Under the pieces are notes generated by a model. That model made no database searches. It had not been told where the DNA came from and saw only the letters and a program-made list of their open reading frames with translations. A stretch of DNA of 64,000 nucleotides from Malacoraja senta (Eukaryota). The stretch lies in assembly GCA_038087875.1 (NCBI GenBank), contig CM075990.1, positions 9,240,001 through 9,304,000 on the forward strand, written 5' to 3'. Below are positions 25,125-36,929 of the stretch, in pieces. Positions within the stretch are counted from its first letter, which is position 1. Every line of letters starts with the position of its first letter. Position numbers and translations under genes: made by a program.

Positions 25125-25834
25125 TGGCGCCAGCATTGGCTGCCTCGCCAACTCTCTGTCTGTCTTTTCCTTATTTGTGTTTGTTTTGTATGTGTTAAAT
25201 GTATGTTTTTTTAGTGTTCTTTAGCTTGTTTATGTATGGGGATGGGGGGTGGGGGGAGGGGAGTTAGTGGAAACTTTTTCTAACCTCATACCTCGATGGA
25301 GATGCGATATTTTCCCGTATCGTATCTCCGTCCGCACTGCGATCTAACATTGTGGTGTTGGCGGCCTTTGCTGGAGATCGTCCGGAAGCTCCATCGCGGG
25401 AGCCTGTGGACTTACCATCACGGAGTTCGCGATCCCTGTCGGGGGTCGTCTTTGGCTCCAACCATGGGAGCCTGCGCATCTTTAACATCGCAGAGCCCAC
25501 GGTCTCTGGTTAGAGACCGACATCGGGGACACCAAGCTGCAGGAGTTTCGACAGCCCAGATGCGGGAGTTTCGATCACCCCGACGCGGGGGCTTCGATCG
25601 CCCCGACTGCGGATGGCTCGACTGCCCCGACCACGGGAGAATAAAGAGGAAGGAGATTGGACCTTATTGCCTTCCATCATGGTGAGGAATGTGGGGAATC
25701 TGCTGTGGTGGATGTTTATGTTAATTTTTATGTCGTTTTGTGTCTTGTTGCTATTTTTTAGTATGGCTGTATGGTAATTCAAATTTCACTGTACCCAAGG
25801 TACATGTGACAATAAACTGACCTTGAAACCGTGG
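25125..25834 (+). mobile_element. Non-coding structured retroposon, copy A (Rex1-type tail)
   Basis: TSD AAACCACCAGT / AAACCATCAGT (25114-25124, 25835-25845); tail GACAATAAA plus CCTTGAAA-like repeats; homologous to copies B-D. Confidence 0.8.
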
Positions 25835-28800
25835 AAACCATCAGTGCAGTTTTCTTTCTTCTCAGTGAAATACTTTACAGAAAAGCTTTCTGCCAAACAT
25901 CCTTGACATGATTACATTTTGACCCACTAGTTGTGTCTGATCACAATACTCAATTATTCTCAAAGCAATACTATGCTTCATTTCTCATTGAGATGTTATA
26001 TTTCATTCTTTCTGCCCTACTGCTTATGTTATTTCATTCTTTCTGCCCTACTGCTTATGTTATATCATATTCTCAATCACGAACTGTGGCTACAGTTTGA
26101 TTTGTATTCTTCGCAACAAAAAACAAAGAAAAATTCACTGTTTACCACCAGGCGATTATAATCATAACGCCAAGAATATTCTCAGCATCTCTTTATTCAT
26201 CATATATTATGACAATTCTTAGAGGCATCAACCATGGTCCAGTCTTGCAGAGTGTGCACATCTACTCTTTCATTGACTTACTGCTACTACAACATCATTT
26301 CCAGGTTATGGTTGATAAGTTCACCTTTCATTTGAAAATATTTCCTCTATCAGGGTTCCCACTAATCCTCCCACGTGTTCTAGCCATCCATACTTGAGAA
26401 GGTAGCCCAGTTGCTTAATCACTGTCTAGCACATGGTGAAGACATCAGTGCCTAAAACAAGTTCAATTTGTGCCACGTGGACACTAATATGAAAACAAAA
26501 CAATGTCAAAAATGCATGTTTCCAATTCCAAAGTTACAAAATTAATTCACACCACCAATTATATTTATATGTTTATGATAATCCATTACAATGCAACCAG
26601 CTGTTGGTATCAACATTTGTTGATCTGAAAGATGTTAGTTTCACCATCTATCTTTGATGCGATTCACCAGACTCCCCTGTCAATTAAATATTCAGGATTG
26701 TATTTTTCAAGATAGAAAATGTGCTTTGCTTTGCTCATTCTATTTTGAGACAATAGCCCACTATTCTACACCCTGATCTCAAATGCTCAGTTGGAGGTAC
26801 ACTCCAGCATTGGAGACTTGCTGCTACTTGTAATATCAATCATAGTATGAGGAATGCCCATGCATAAATGTTAAACTCAAACACATGGTTAAATATCAGG
26901 AACATTTTCTGCCTCCGTATATGCACATTTCATTTTCCAGAATAGTTCAATAGATTTTCACAGTGTGCATTGTTACAACAATTAGTAAAATTGACATGTT
27001 TGAAGTTCATGCAACTAACATATTGACCATAATCAATAAACTACTTTGAAAGAAAATACTATATTTATGGAACACTTTTTGCATTTAGATGGATAGATTT
27101 ATTGATTGATTCCTAAATCCTTCTGGGAAATATTTATTTGCAACCATCACCTTCCAATATGTAATGAATGTATCCAAACACCTTTACCATGTGAAATCAT
27201 TCAATCTTTTAAAAACAAGAAATAATTTATCGCCAGTAATGACTTTGGATAATTATTGATAAAGGTACCCATTAAATAGCCCACTGTGTTAAATGTTTTC
27301 TGATGTCTCTTTAAATCTCGCCTACCGCAGATCCTGTGGAGGATCTGTTGTGCAGGAGAAGAACTTTGGAATTAAATACAAAAATGTACTATAACAAATG
27401 ACCCCCTTCAATATTGACTGTCTTAAATATTCTTAATTTTATCCAGTCACGACTCACTGGACATAGAGAACACGTGCAAACAAAGTGTATGGAACTACCC
27501 ATCTTTAAATGTGCGTTCTTATGCAGAACTAAGCCTTTGGACTACTTCCAAAATAATTCATGGAATACCCGATGAGAGTTTCTGAATTACCTCCACTGGA
27601 CTGAACTGAATTAACATCAGAAACGATATCATATCACCTCGACATATGATGGCTTTACTCGTCACTATTAGAAAACGGAGAGTAATTTATACGAAGATAA
27701 ACTTAAAATGCTGGAGTAACTCAGCAGGACAGCATCTCTGGATAGAAGGAATGGATGACATTTTGGGTCGAGACCCTTTCTCACACTACATGCATGATTT
27801 ATACGCATGGATATGTGCACGGCCGTACTAAATGTTTTCACTGCTAACATCACATGTCGAATTGTATAGGCTATCTGAACTATTCCATATTATTTATGAA
27901 ATTATCTTTTTTGTACCTAATCTTTAGGTCAAGGCTGACCTGGTTCTCTTCTATGGGCTTGAACATGGCTGATAAGGCGATTGTCAGATGTGCAGACACT
28001 GCCACAGATGGAGCAGTATTAGACTGGAGAATACTGCTTACTGAATAGTGTGGGAGGTGGCACCCTCCTCCTGCCTCCTTATCATCTGCCTGGACTTTTC
28101 TGTGGTAGCCCAGACTCCCATTTTGAACAACACTATTTGATCGACATGGCAAATTCATTTATAAAGACATTCAAAGGAACTTGCAACTTAACACTGATTT
28201 GTACCTTAGCTTTCCTCTCCAGATGAGATTGGATGCATTATTTAGAAACGACACATATTTGGTATGGAAAATAAAATATCAATAAAACAGAGGACATTAA
28301 ATGTTCTCAAAAATCATGTTTCATAATAGCAAACCATGCCATACTACCTGCTCTGGAACCTACCAAGTGCTTTTGAAAAGCAAAACAAAAGAAAAACAAA
28401 TCTATATTTGTTCGAGAATATAAATTTTCAGTGCAATGGATATCCTGAAAATCAAGCAGGAAGAAGATAGTTCGATTAAACAGGCCCTGGAACCATGCTA
28501 AATAGCTGATTAGGAGATTATGCGATGGAACATAGTGCAGATAAAGGAGTTATTCAACATTTTGAATCACAGCAGTGGCCCTATTGGCACATCACATCAA
28601 TTGTGGAGGACAAAAGAGAGGGTGGAGTTCATGCTCTCAATCTATAGATATTTCACTGGCCCAGACACTTGAAAGAGCTAAAATGGATCAAAACCAAAAT
28701 GATTTGAGTTAAATTTACAACTAAAAGCTGTTTAGGTGAGTGCCTCAAAGAACCTTTCAGGGTTATTACAAAAGTAAAGGATGAAAAGGGGAATATGATA

Positions 28801-29502
28801 GATGTATTGGTGACGAATCTGCCCTGCTCTTTTCAACTCATCCAAACAACAGCCTAGCAAAAACTTCAATTAGACCAGCAAGTGACAAATGGAATAGACG
28901 GTTACACAGTTGAATTACTGCAACTCAAAGGCCATTTTTCAGTTGAAGTAGCTAATGGCACTGTCTATCCATTCCCTGGATGTGCTGAGAAAGCTGACTT
29001 CAATATTTTGCTAAGAGATGTTGTTTTTTATTACTATGAATTTTCAGAAAACAAATGTGGGAACATACAAATCATCATTTTGCTGGATACAACCATCAAA
29101 ACATGCTCTTTGAAGAATAAGAAGGAAAAAAAACATATTGGTTTTCTCATCAGTTGATTTTTAAAGCAATAGTTTCTTCAAAGGTGCCTGGATTAGTTTG
29201 CGTCACTGACACCCTTTTTACTTATTCAAATTTGTATTCAATAATTATAGGAAACTGCATGATCTTTGATGATAACATTGTTATGAAATTACACAATACC
29301 CGCAGGCTGAGGCTTCATAGGTCAGGGATAAGAGGAATGCAGTTGGGTTTATCGCCAAGGTAATTAGGAACCTGAATGCGAGTCGCCATATATCTAAATG
29401 ACGAGGCCCAATCAGAACACCAGAGAAAAGCTGGTGTACATTCGAGCTGATCATGCGGGATTAATGAGGTCAAAAACAATTGATTGCTTCTGTACCTGTT
29501 CA

Positions 29503-29980
29503 TAAGATCATAAGTGATAGGAGCAGAATTAGGCCATTTGGCCCATCAGGTCTACTCCGCCATTCAATTATAGCTCTCCCTCCTAACCCCATTCTCCTGC
29601 CTTCTCCCCACAGCCTCTGACACCTGTACTAATCAAGATTCTATCTATCTCTACCTTAAATATATCCACTGACTTGGCCTCCACGGCCTTCTGTGGCAAA
29701 GTATTCCACAGGTTCACCATCCTCTGACTGAAGAAGTTCCTCCTCACCTCGTTCCTAAAAGAACGTCCTTTAATTCTGAAGCTATGACCTCTAGGTCTAG
29801 ACTCTCCCACTAGTGGAAACATCCTTTCCACATCCACTCTATCCCAGCCTTTCACTATTCTGTACATCTCATTCTTCTAAACTCCAGCGAGTATAGGCCC
29901 AGTGCCGTCAAACGTTCATCATATGTTAACATCATATGTTAACCTACTCATACCTGGGATCATTCTTGTAAACCTCCTCT
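29503..29980 (-). mobile_element. CR1 LINE 3' end
   Basis: RGHSFRIKGRSF...FFSQRMVNLWNTLP; tail GGGCCAAATGGCCTAATTCTGCTCC. Confidence 0.88.
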
Positions 29981-30782
29981 GGTATGGTGCCCAAAATTGT
30001 TCTCTGAGTGCTGATGACTATATGTCTGTAGAATGGGTAAAAATGTTGAACATAATGAGTCTCAGAATGCCCAGCTTTGCACAATCAGAGAGGGGATGTG
30101 GCCTACATTTGATAAAGATAGATGGGTCATTTTCCCTCCTGCAGCTGTATGAAGTCAATTGAATAAATATGCTTCTGCTTATATTGGGAACTGTCATGTG
30201 CGAATGATTATTTTCTTCGTTACAGGAGCGCATATTCAATGTCACATTTATTTTGTGGAAAAGCTCCAGGAGCAGGTGCTATACTAGTAGCAGTCTTCAA
30301 AGAAGGGGGACAACTGTTGATTGGCAAACTGACAGAACTACTTCAAGTATTTTGGAACAAGAAAAAAAAACATCCCAGGACTTCAAGGATGCCTCAATTA
30401 TCCACCTACACAAGCATTAGGGGAACCATCCATTGTGCGATAATCACAGAGGAATCTCTTCACTCTTGGATCCGAGTAAAACTATTGCCAGAGTCCTGTT
30501 AAACAGACTGATCACTCACCTTTAGGGTGGCCTACTTCCAGAAAAGGGAAGCTGATATACAGAAAACCGTGGGCAAAATTGCCTAACATACACCAAACAC
30601 CCCATACACAGAACAATACATTTTGTGAATTATCGGAAAAATGTCTGACGACAGAATAACAAACCAAAATACTTTATAGAGAGCTAACTGAGGGCAAACA
30701 CGTGGTCCACAGAAACGAATTCAAAGGCTCTCTTAGAATATCGCAAAAGAGCTTCAACATTGACACACAACACTGGGAACAA

Positions 30783-30872
30783 GTCTGAAGAAGGGTCTCG
30801 ACTCGAAACGTCACCCATTCCTTCTCTCCAGAGATGCTGCCGCTCCCACTGAGTTACTCCAACATTTTGTGT
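30783..30872 (+). mobile_element. 90-bp Penelope-derived insertion beginning at a hammerhead core
   Basis: 15-bp TSD CAACACTGGGAACAA (30768-30782, 30873-30887). Confidence 0.88.
30785..30812 (+). ncRNA. Minimal hammerhead ribozyme-like core
   Basis: CTGAAGA - stem II (GGGTC/GACTC) - GAAAC - GTC. Confidence 0.65.
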
Positions 30873-32495
30873 CAACACTGGGAACAACACACATTGGATC
30901 ACCCTGTCTTCCGTACCCACATATAAAGTGGCGTTTGTTCATGTAAGGAAGCTAGAATAAAGGAAACAACGAGGAAAAAAATCTTGAAACTCAAGAACCA
31001 TTGATGATACTACATGCCTACACCTCTCATCTGTGCGGAAGGTATTTTCAAGCCCAGAGTGGTCTAATTATCTATCTCCATGCACGTTAAAACACGATAG
31101 ACTAGATGTCAAAGGGCTTACTTGAGAACAAATGATGGGTCTAAGAATAGAAGAATCCAAATTTTGGCCCAATGACAACGAAAAAAATGGCAATATATTT
31201 CCAAACTGGGAAAGGCTATGGTTCCTTACCCTTGTTGCAGTCAGCAAGGGTTTTGAAGTGCTATTGATGAGGCCTTCATGAATAATTGCTGCACATTTTT
31301 TGAATAATAATGCCATTGAATGTCAAGGACAATCACAACCCAAATCCTTGTGGCAATAAATCCACAGCAAATGCATCAAAGATGTTGGATTAGCATAATC
31401 ATTCTCAAAATATGTAAAAGCATAAGATTGGAAAGGTGGAGTAAGGAGAATTTACGCAGGCATGGGGCATACTTTTGAAGACAAACTGACTCCTCCACTT
31501 TCAGAACTGGTTTGGAGTTTCACTCCATTTCTCCCGATAATTCACAGCAATTCTTTACAAATAATCACAAACCCCAAACTCTTAATGCTATATTGTTGCT
31601 CACCAGTTACTAGGATGCATTTGAAACTAATGTCACATTTTTTTCTGTACTGCTTTGGATTCTTTTTCTAAACTTTGCATCAGTTGATCAAAACCACTGA
31701 GGTGTTACTAATACCAGTATTAATGAATTTAATGTGCAATATAACAGAATTGAGACAATTCAGCAACATGCTCTTCACAAACATCAGCATACTTGAATGC
31801 ACAATTATTAATATACAAATTGTAAATTGGACTCGTCTTTGAAAATAATTGCAATGTTAATTATCAACATAAAGTTACCGAATAATACAAAAAAAATACA
31901 GCTAGCAGGAGGCCCACATACATTCATGTATTATATAAATAATGCTCACTTTCATAACAGTGCATAATGTGTAGTATAGTATTGCCAAGGAAAAAGGAAC
32001 ACATTATAAATAATAGAACAGTAAAAAGTGCAAAAGAACAGAGGGATATTAAAAAGCATATCCAGAAATTCTTACAGGCAGCAACACAGTCAGATACAGG
32101 AGTTAAGGCAAGTTACTTGCAGGATATTTGCCTTTATAGCCATGGCACAAAGTGCATGAACGGGGTCATCGTGCTAGACCGATATAAAATATTATTTAGG
32201 ATACAGCTAGGAAACTATGTACAACACTGTGCAGCACACAAAACGATGCGTTGAGTGTTTACAAAGACGATGCCATGGCTGGAGAATTGTATTGCTCCTT
32301 TGAAACAATGGAGCCCGAGGCTAAATTTAACAAGGTATATAAAATCATGAGAGATCCAAGTCAAGAGAGTTTATTGTCATGTGTCCCAGATAGGACAATG
32401 AAATTCTTGCTTGCTGCAGCACAACAGAATATTGTAGGCATAAATAGAGAACAGATCAATGTGTCCATATACCATAGAATATATATATATATATT

Positions 32496-34373
32496 TAGAA
32501 TTTAGAATTTAGAATGCCATTTATTGTCATTTAACACCAAGGTTCAACGAAATTTCGTTCCTGCAGTCATAACAGCAAAATAAAAAAAATAAAAAAACCA
32601 CACAATTAACACAATTACACACAAACATCCATCACAGTGAATCTCCAAACACCTCCTCACTGTGATGGAAGGCAAAAGTCTTATCTCTTCCCTGTTCTCT
32701 GTTCTTTATTCTTCTCCCGCAGTCAAACTGCTGCACCGAGCTGATCGAGGCTCTTGATGTTGGAGCCCCCATTCAGGCCGCGCCTGGTGATGCAAGGCCG
32801 CGCTCCGGGTCTTGATGTTGAAGCCCCCGGTAGCGCCAGCAAGTCCAGCGGCCATTTAAAGCCGTGCCGGGCGATGTTAGACCCCGCTCCAGGCCATCTT
32901 GAGGAACGGCTGCAAAACAGCAGCCGTCCGTTAATTGCACTTTTTTACTAAGTTTTTTTATTTTTCTTTAAGTCTTTGTTTTTATTTATTTTGCCTTTAA
33001 TGTGGGGGGATCAAGGGGAAACCACTTCCTGGTCCCTACCTGGTCGGTGAGGCAGCCTTCTCTCCGGCTGCCCATTCGACCCGTCCTCGCGGCCTACCAG
33101 CGGGCGTGGAGCGGCGTTTCCTGGCGGGAACCGCACAGCACCCTCAGCTTCGGTGGCGGCACGGCGCTGGAGCGCTACTGTGCAGCGGAGCGGGCGATGC
33201 CTTGCCTGGGTCGCCGCGCTGGACCGACGCTCTGGAGCTCCGGTGAGCTGGACCGCCGAGCTCAACACCTCCGGGACTGGAGCGACCATTCGCGGGCGGC
33301 AGCGCCGACTCCAACACCGGGAGCCTTGAGCTCCAAGTCGGCGCGGCCTTATCGGCTTCAGGTGCTGCGGACGCCTGCGGGAAATCGGCCGTTCCAGCCG
33401 TAGTTACGGCCTCCGGTGAGGGATGCGGCCGTTCCATGTGGCCCAGCTGCTGGAGGACTCTCCCGACGCCGGGGCTACATCACCCGGCGAGAACGGCCAG
33501 GATCATCGGGCCTCCGTAGAGGCAATAGCGGGGGCTTCATTTGGCCTGACTTTTTTGGGTGAACTGGGGCTGGGGACTGGATATTGTGCCTTCCCCCACA
33601 GTGGAAATCATTGTGGGGGGATGATTTTTGTATGTAATTGTTTGTAATTGTATTTGTTAGTCTGTGTTCAAGATGGCGGTCGGAGGGGAGAGTGGACGCT
33701 GGCGTTAAATTGCCGCTGCTCTCTCCTCAAATTGTGCTTCTGATTTTCTTTTTTTTGTGTTTTTGGAAGGAATTCTGTCCCTGATTTATGTATTGGTCTT
33801 TATAACCTATTTTTTTTTAAATTCTGATTATATGTTTTCTATAAATCTCTGTATGGTGTCCTTGAGACCTCGGTATAAGGCGCCCGTAAATAAAATCCAT
33901 TATTATTATTATTATTATCCTCAACCCCGCAACTCGGGCGGGAGATGTTGCCGTTGCGGGAGCCCCGAAAAGCGGTCTCCCACCAGGGACCCGCGAGCTC
34001 CCGATGTTACCGTCCACCGGGCCGGCGGCTGGAGCTTCCGAATCTCCGGGGTCGGGTAGCAGCCGCGCGCCACCACAGCTCTCCACGCTCCGAACTCGGT
34101 CAGCTCCGTGATGGTGAGTCCGCAGGCTCCGCGACTGGAGCCCCAGGTCGCTCCGGTTGGAGACCGCTCCACGGTGCTAGGCCCCAACGACAACGGAGAC
34201 CCGACAGGGAAAAGGTCGGGTCTCCCGTGCAGGGAAGAGACTTAAAAGTTTCCCCACCCATACCCAGCTAAAAAAAACACTCAAAACACTACACTCAAAC
34301 GAGACAAAAAAAAATTTAAAAGACAGACGGACTGCAGAGGCCGCTGCGACGTGAGTCGCGCCGCCTACCGCCT
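32496..34373 (-). mobile_element. Non-coding structured retroposon, copy B (Rex1-type tail), interrupted by copy C
   Basis: Tail GACAATAAA plus (TTCTAAA)n; perfect hairpins at 34195-34225 and 32628-32669. Confidence 0.78.
32901..33917 (+). mobile_element. Non-coding structured retroposon, copy C (L2-type tail)
   Basis: Same architecture as A, B and D; ends GTCCTTGAGACCTCGGTATAAGGCGCCCGTAAATAAAATCCA(TTA)n. Confidence 0.78.
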
Positions 34374-36929
34374 ACAAATACACACACATAAATAAACAGA
34401 TAAAGTGCAATAGGCTGTTATAGTTCAGAGTTTGTTTGAAGTTGTGTTTAATAGTCTGATGGCTGTGGGGTAGGAGCTGTTCCTGAACCTGGATGTTGCA
34501 GATTTCAGGTTCCTGTACCTTCTACCAGATGGCAGCAGAGAGATGCGTGTGTGGTCAGGATGGTGTGGTTCCTTGATGATGTTGGTAGCCTTTTTGAGGC
34601 AGCGACTGTGATAGATCCCCACGATGGTAGGGAGGTCAGAGCTGATAATGGACTGGGCAGTGTTTACAACTTTTGCAGCCTTTTCTGCTCCTGGAAGCTC
34701 AAGTTGCCGAACCAAGCCACAATGCAACCGGTCAGCATGCTCTCTACTGTGTACCTGTAGACGTTCGAGAGAGTCCTCCTTGACATACCGACTCTCCGTA
34801 ATCTTCTCAGGAAGTAGAGCCGCTGATGTGCTTTCTTTATAATTGCATCCGTGTGCTGGGACCAAGAGAGATCTTCGGAAATATGCACGCCCAGGAATTT
34901 GAAGTTCTTGACCCTTTCCACCATCGACTCATTGATATAAACGGGACTGTGGGTCCCCATCCTACCCCTTCCAAAGTCCACAATCAGTTCCTTGGTTTTG
35001 CTGGTGTTGAGAGCCAGGTTATTGTGCTGGCACCATTTGGTCAATCGGTCGAACTCACTTCTATACTCTGACTCGTCCCCATCAGTGATATGTTCCACAA
35101 CAGTAGTGTTGTCGGCGAACTTGATGATGGAGTTTGCACTATGTCCAGCTAAGCAATCATGACTATAGAGTACAGCAGGGGGGTGAGCACACAGCCTTGA
35201 GGTGCTCCTGTGCTGATTGTTATCGAGGATGACACATTTCCACCAATACGGACACACTGTGGTCTGTGAATGAGGGTCGAGGATCCAATTGCAGAGGGAT
35301 GCGCAGAGACCCAGATCTGAGAGCTTAGTAAGCAGCTTGGTATCCAGAGAGGATTAAAAAAATAAACTATTTCCCGCAGCAGGGAGATCATAGGTTTTAA
35401 TTAATTTGTAAGTGGATGAGGTGAAAGTGGAGAGCAATTGGTACTGAAGGCCTGAAACTCACTGCGTGATTGGATGTTGGAGGTAGCTCTCACCGCGTTT
35501 GAAAAGTACATGAATACATGGGAACTGAAATACTGCAGGGCTCTGGACCAAAGGTTTGGAAAATGTGTTCCTTCTGTAGTCTAATTTTCAGTTATTTCCA
35601 TGAATTTGAAAACATTTTACATACAATAGAACAATACTATTCCAACATGAATTTGTCAGTTCATTGAAGTGCTAATCGAAGGGGAATAAATAGATTGCCA
35701 GAATATATTTAGAATCATTTTAGAACTGTAATATAACAGTTGAACAAAATTTTATTCAGCCATTGAAATACATTTTCAGCACATTGCCATTGTCATATAC
35801 TCATACAGCCTTTTGTCTCATCACATCCATGCCAATCATTTTGCCCACTAAAATTGTCTTTGACTGATAATTTATCTTTGCTGCTTGAGTTTTCATGAAA
35901 AGACCATTGAATAAAAATAAAACTGTTTTAATCTAAGATCAAACCATGGTAAAAAAAAATGCAAGAAGAACAAACCTCATAAGGTATGCAAATAAGATTT
36001 GCAAGCATTCAAGCAGATTAAAGGAGAGGTGTTACAATTAGAAAATGGGAGAAATGGTACTTTGGAGTATAAACATCATTACAGTGAGCCTGTCTTAATA
36101 CTGTGATTATCAAACTCAGGGCTAGCTCTGATGTTGACACGTGGCAATACTGAAATTGTGTTAAATCACATTAAGAAAAATCCAAAGCTTTTTAAGGATG
36201 TGGAACATTAACAATAAAGACATTCATTAAAGCTTTCCTATTTGCATTTTTACGGAAAACACAATGACTTCATTCTCATATAAATGTTAGCTAATATACC
36301 GGCTGATAAAGAGAAAACTTAAATATTTTGATTCAGGATTGATTGCACTCAGAATATTTTAGATATGTAGATTCCTGCATAAACATTTTTAGTAGGACTA
36401 AACCACAGTTTACTATGATTACTAGCTTAAATTGTCTAAAATTTCCATCCGTAGCGTAAACACAAACGCGCATTACAAATATAAGTTGATTTCCCTGACA
36501 GAAAACAAGTATTCAAAAATAACAACATTTAGATAATTTGCTATCAGTTCTTGGCAAGCACACTGTAAATTTATGTTATTCAAGAGGGAAGCTTCAGTTA
36601 TGACAGATGTTGTATGACTGTTCAGCATGCAGCATTATGCAGGATGGACAATAACCATTTCCTGAGCTTGATTACAAGCACCATGGAAAGCTGCAGAAAT
36701 CAGCATCTACAAAATGTAAACAAATATTTGTAGACTGGATTTGTGTATCAAAGACTTTAATTTTCCAGAATAGAACTTTTCAGCATTGCAGGGTGAAGCA
36801 GCCATTCACATGATGTAATATTAATCGATATAAATAGATATATTGCTGACACATTTTAATAGTAACTCAGTCAAATAATTTGTTCAATGAAGGCCAAGTA
36901 TTCAGAAAAATCACTGAGCAAAAGATGAT

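Larger units (their letters stand above)
30250..31090 (+). mobile_element. RTE-clade LINE remnants
   Basis: GKAPG...VFKEGG, QDFKDASIIHLHK...DNHRGIS...ARVLLNRL; possible C-terminal zinc-finger trace near 31030. Confidence 0.7.
32358..35337 (-). mobile_element. Rex1/Babar LINE split in its 3' UTR by nested insertions
   Basis: RT ORF pieces at 34425-35337 (TGAPQGCVL, IKFADN, LGVHISEDLSW); tail at 32358-32495 matches the uninterrupted copy near 5222. Confidence 0.9.

Noticed and set aside
33078..33140. CCGTCCTCGCGG as the P3/L3 of an HDV-like ribozyme in copy C
   Set aside because: No convincing P2 or J4/2 could be built, and the motif is not kept in copies A and B
32754..34271. Overlapping GC-rich ORFs (also at 25264-25782 and 52598-53085)
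   Set aside because: Stop-poor GC-rich DNA; no frame conserved between homologous copies
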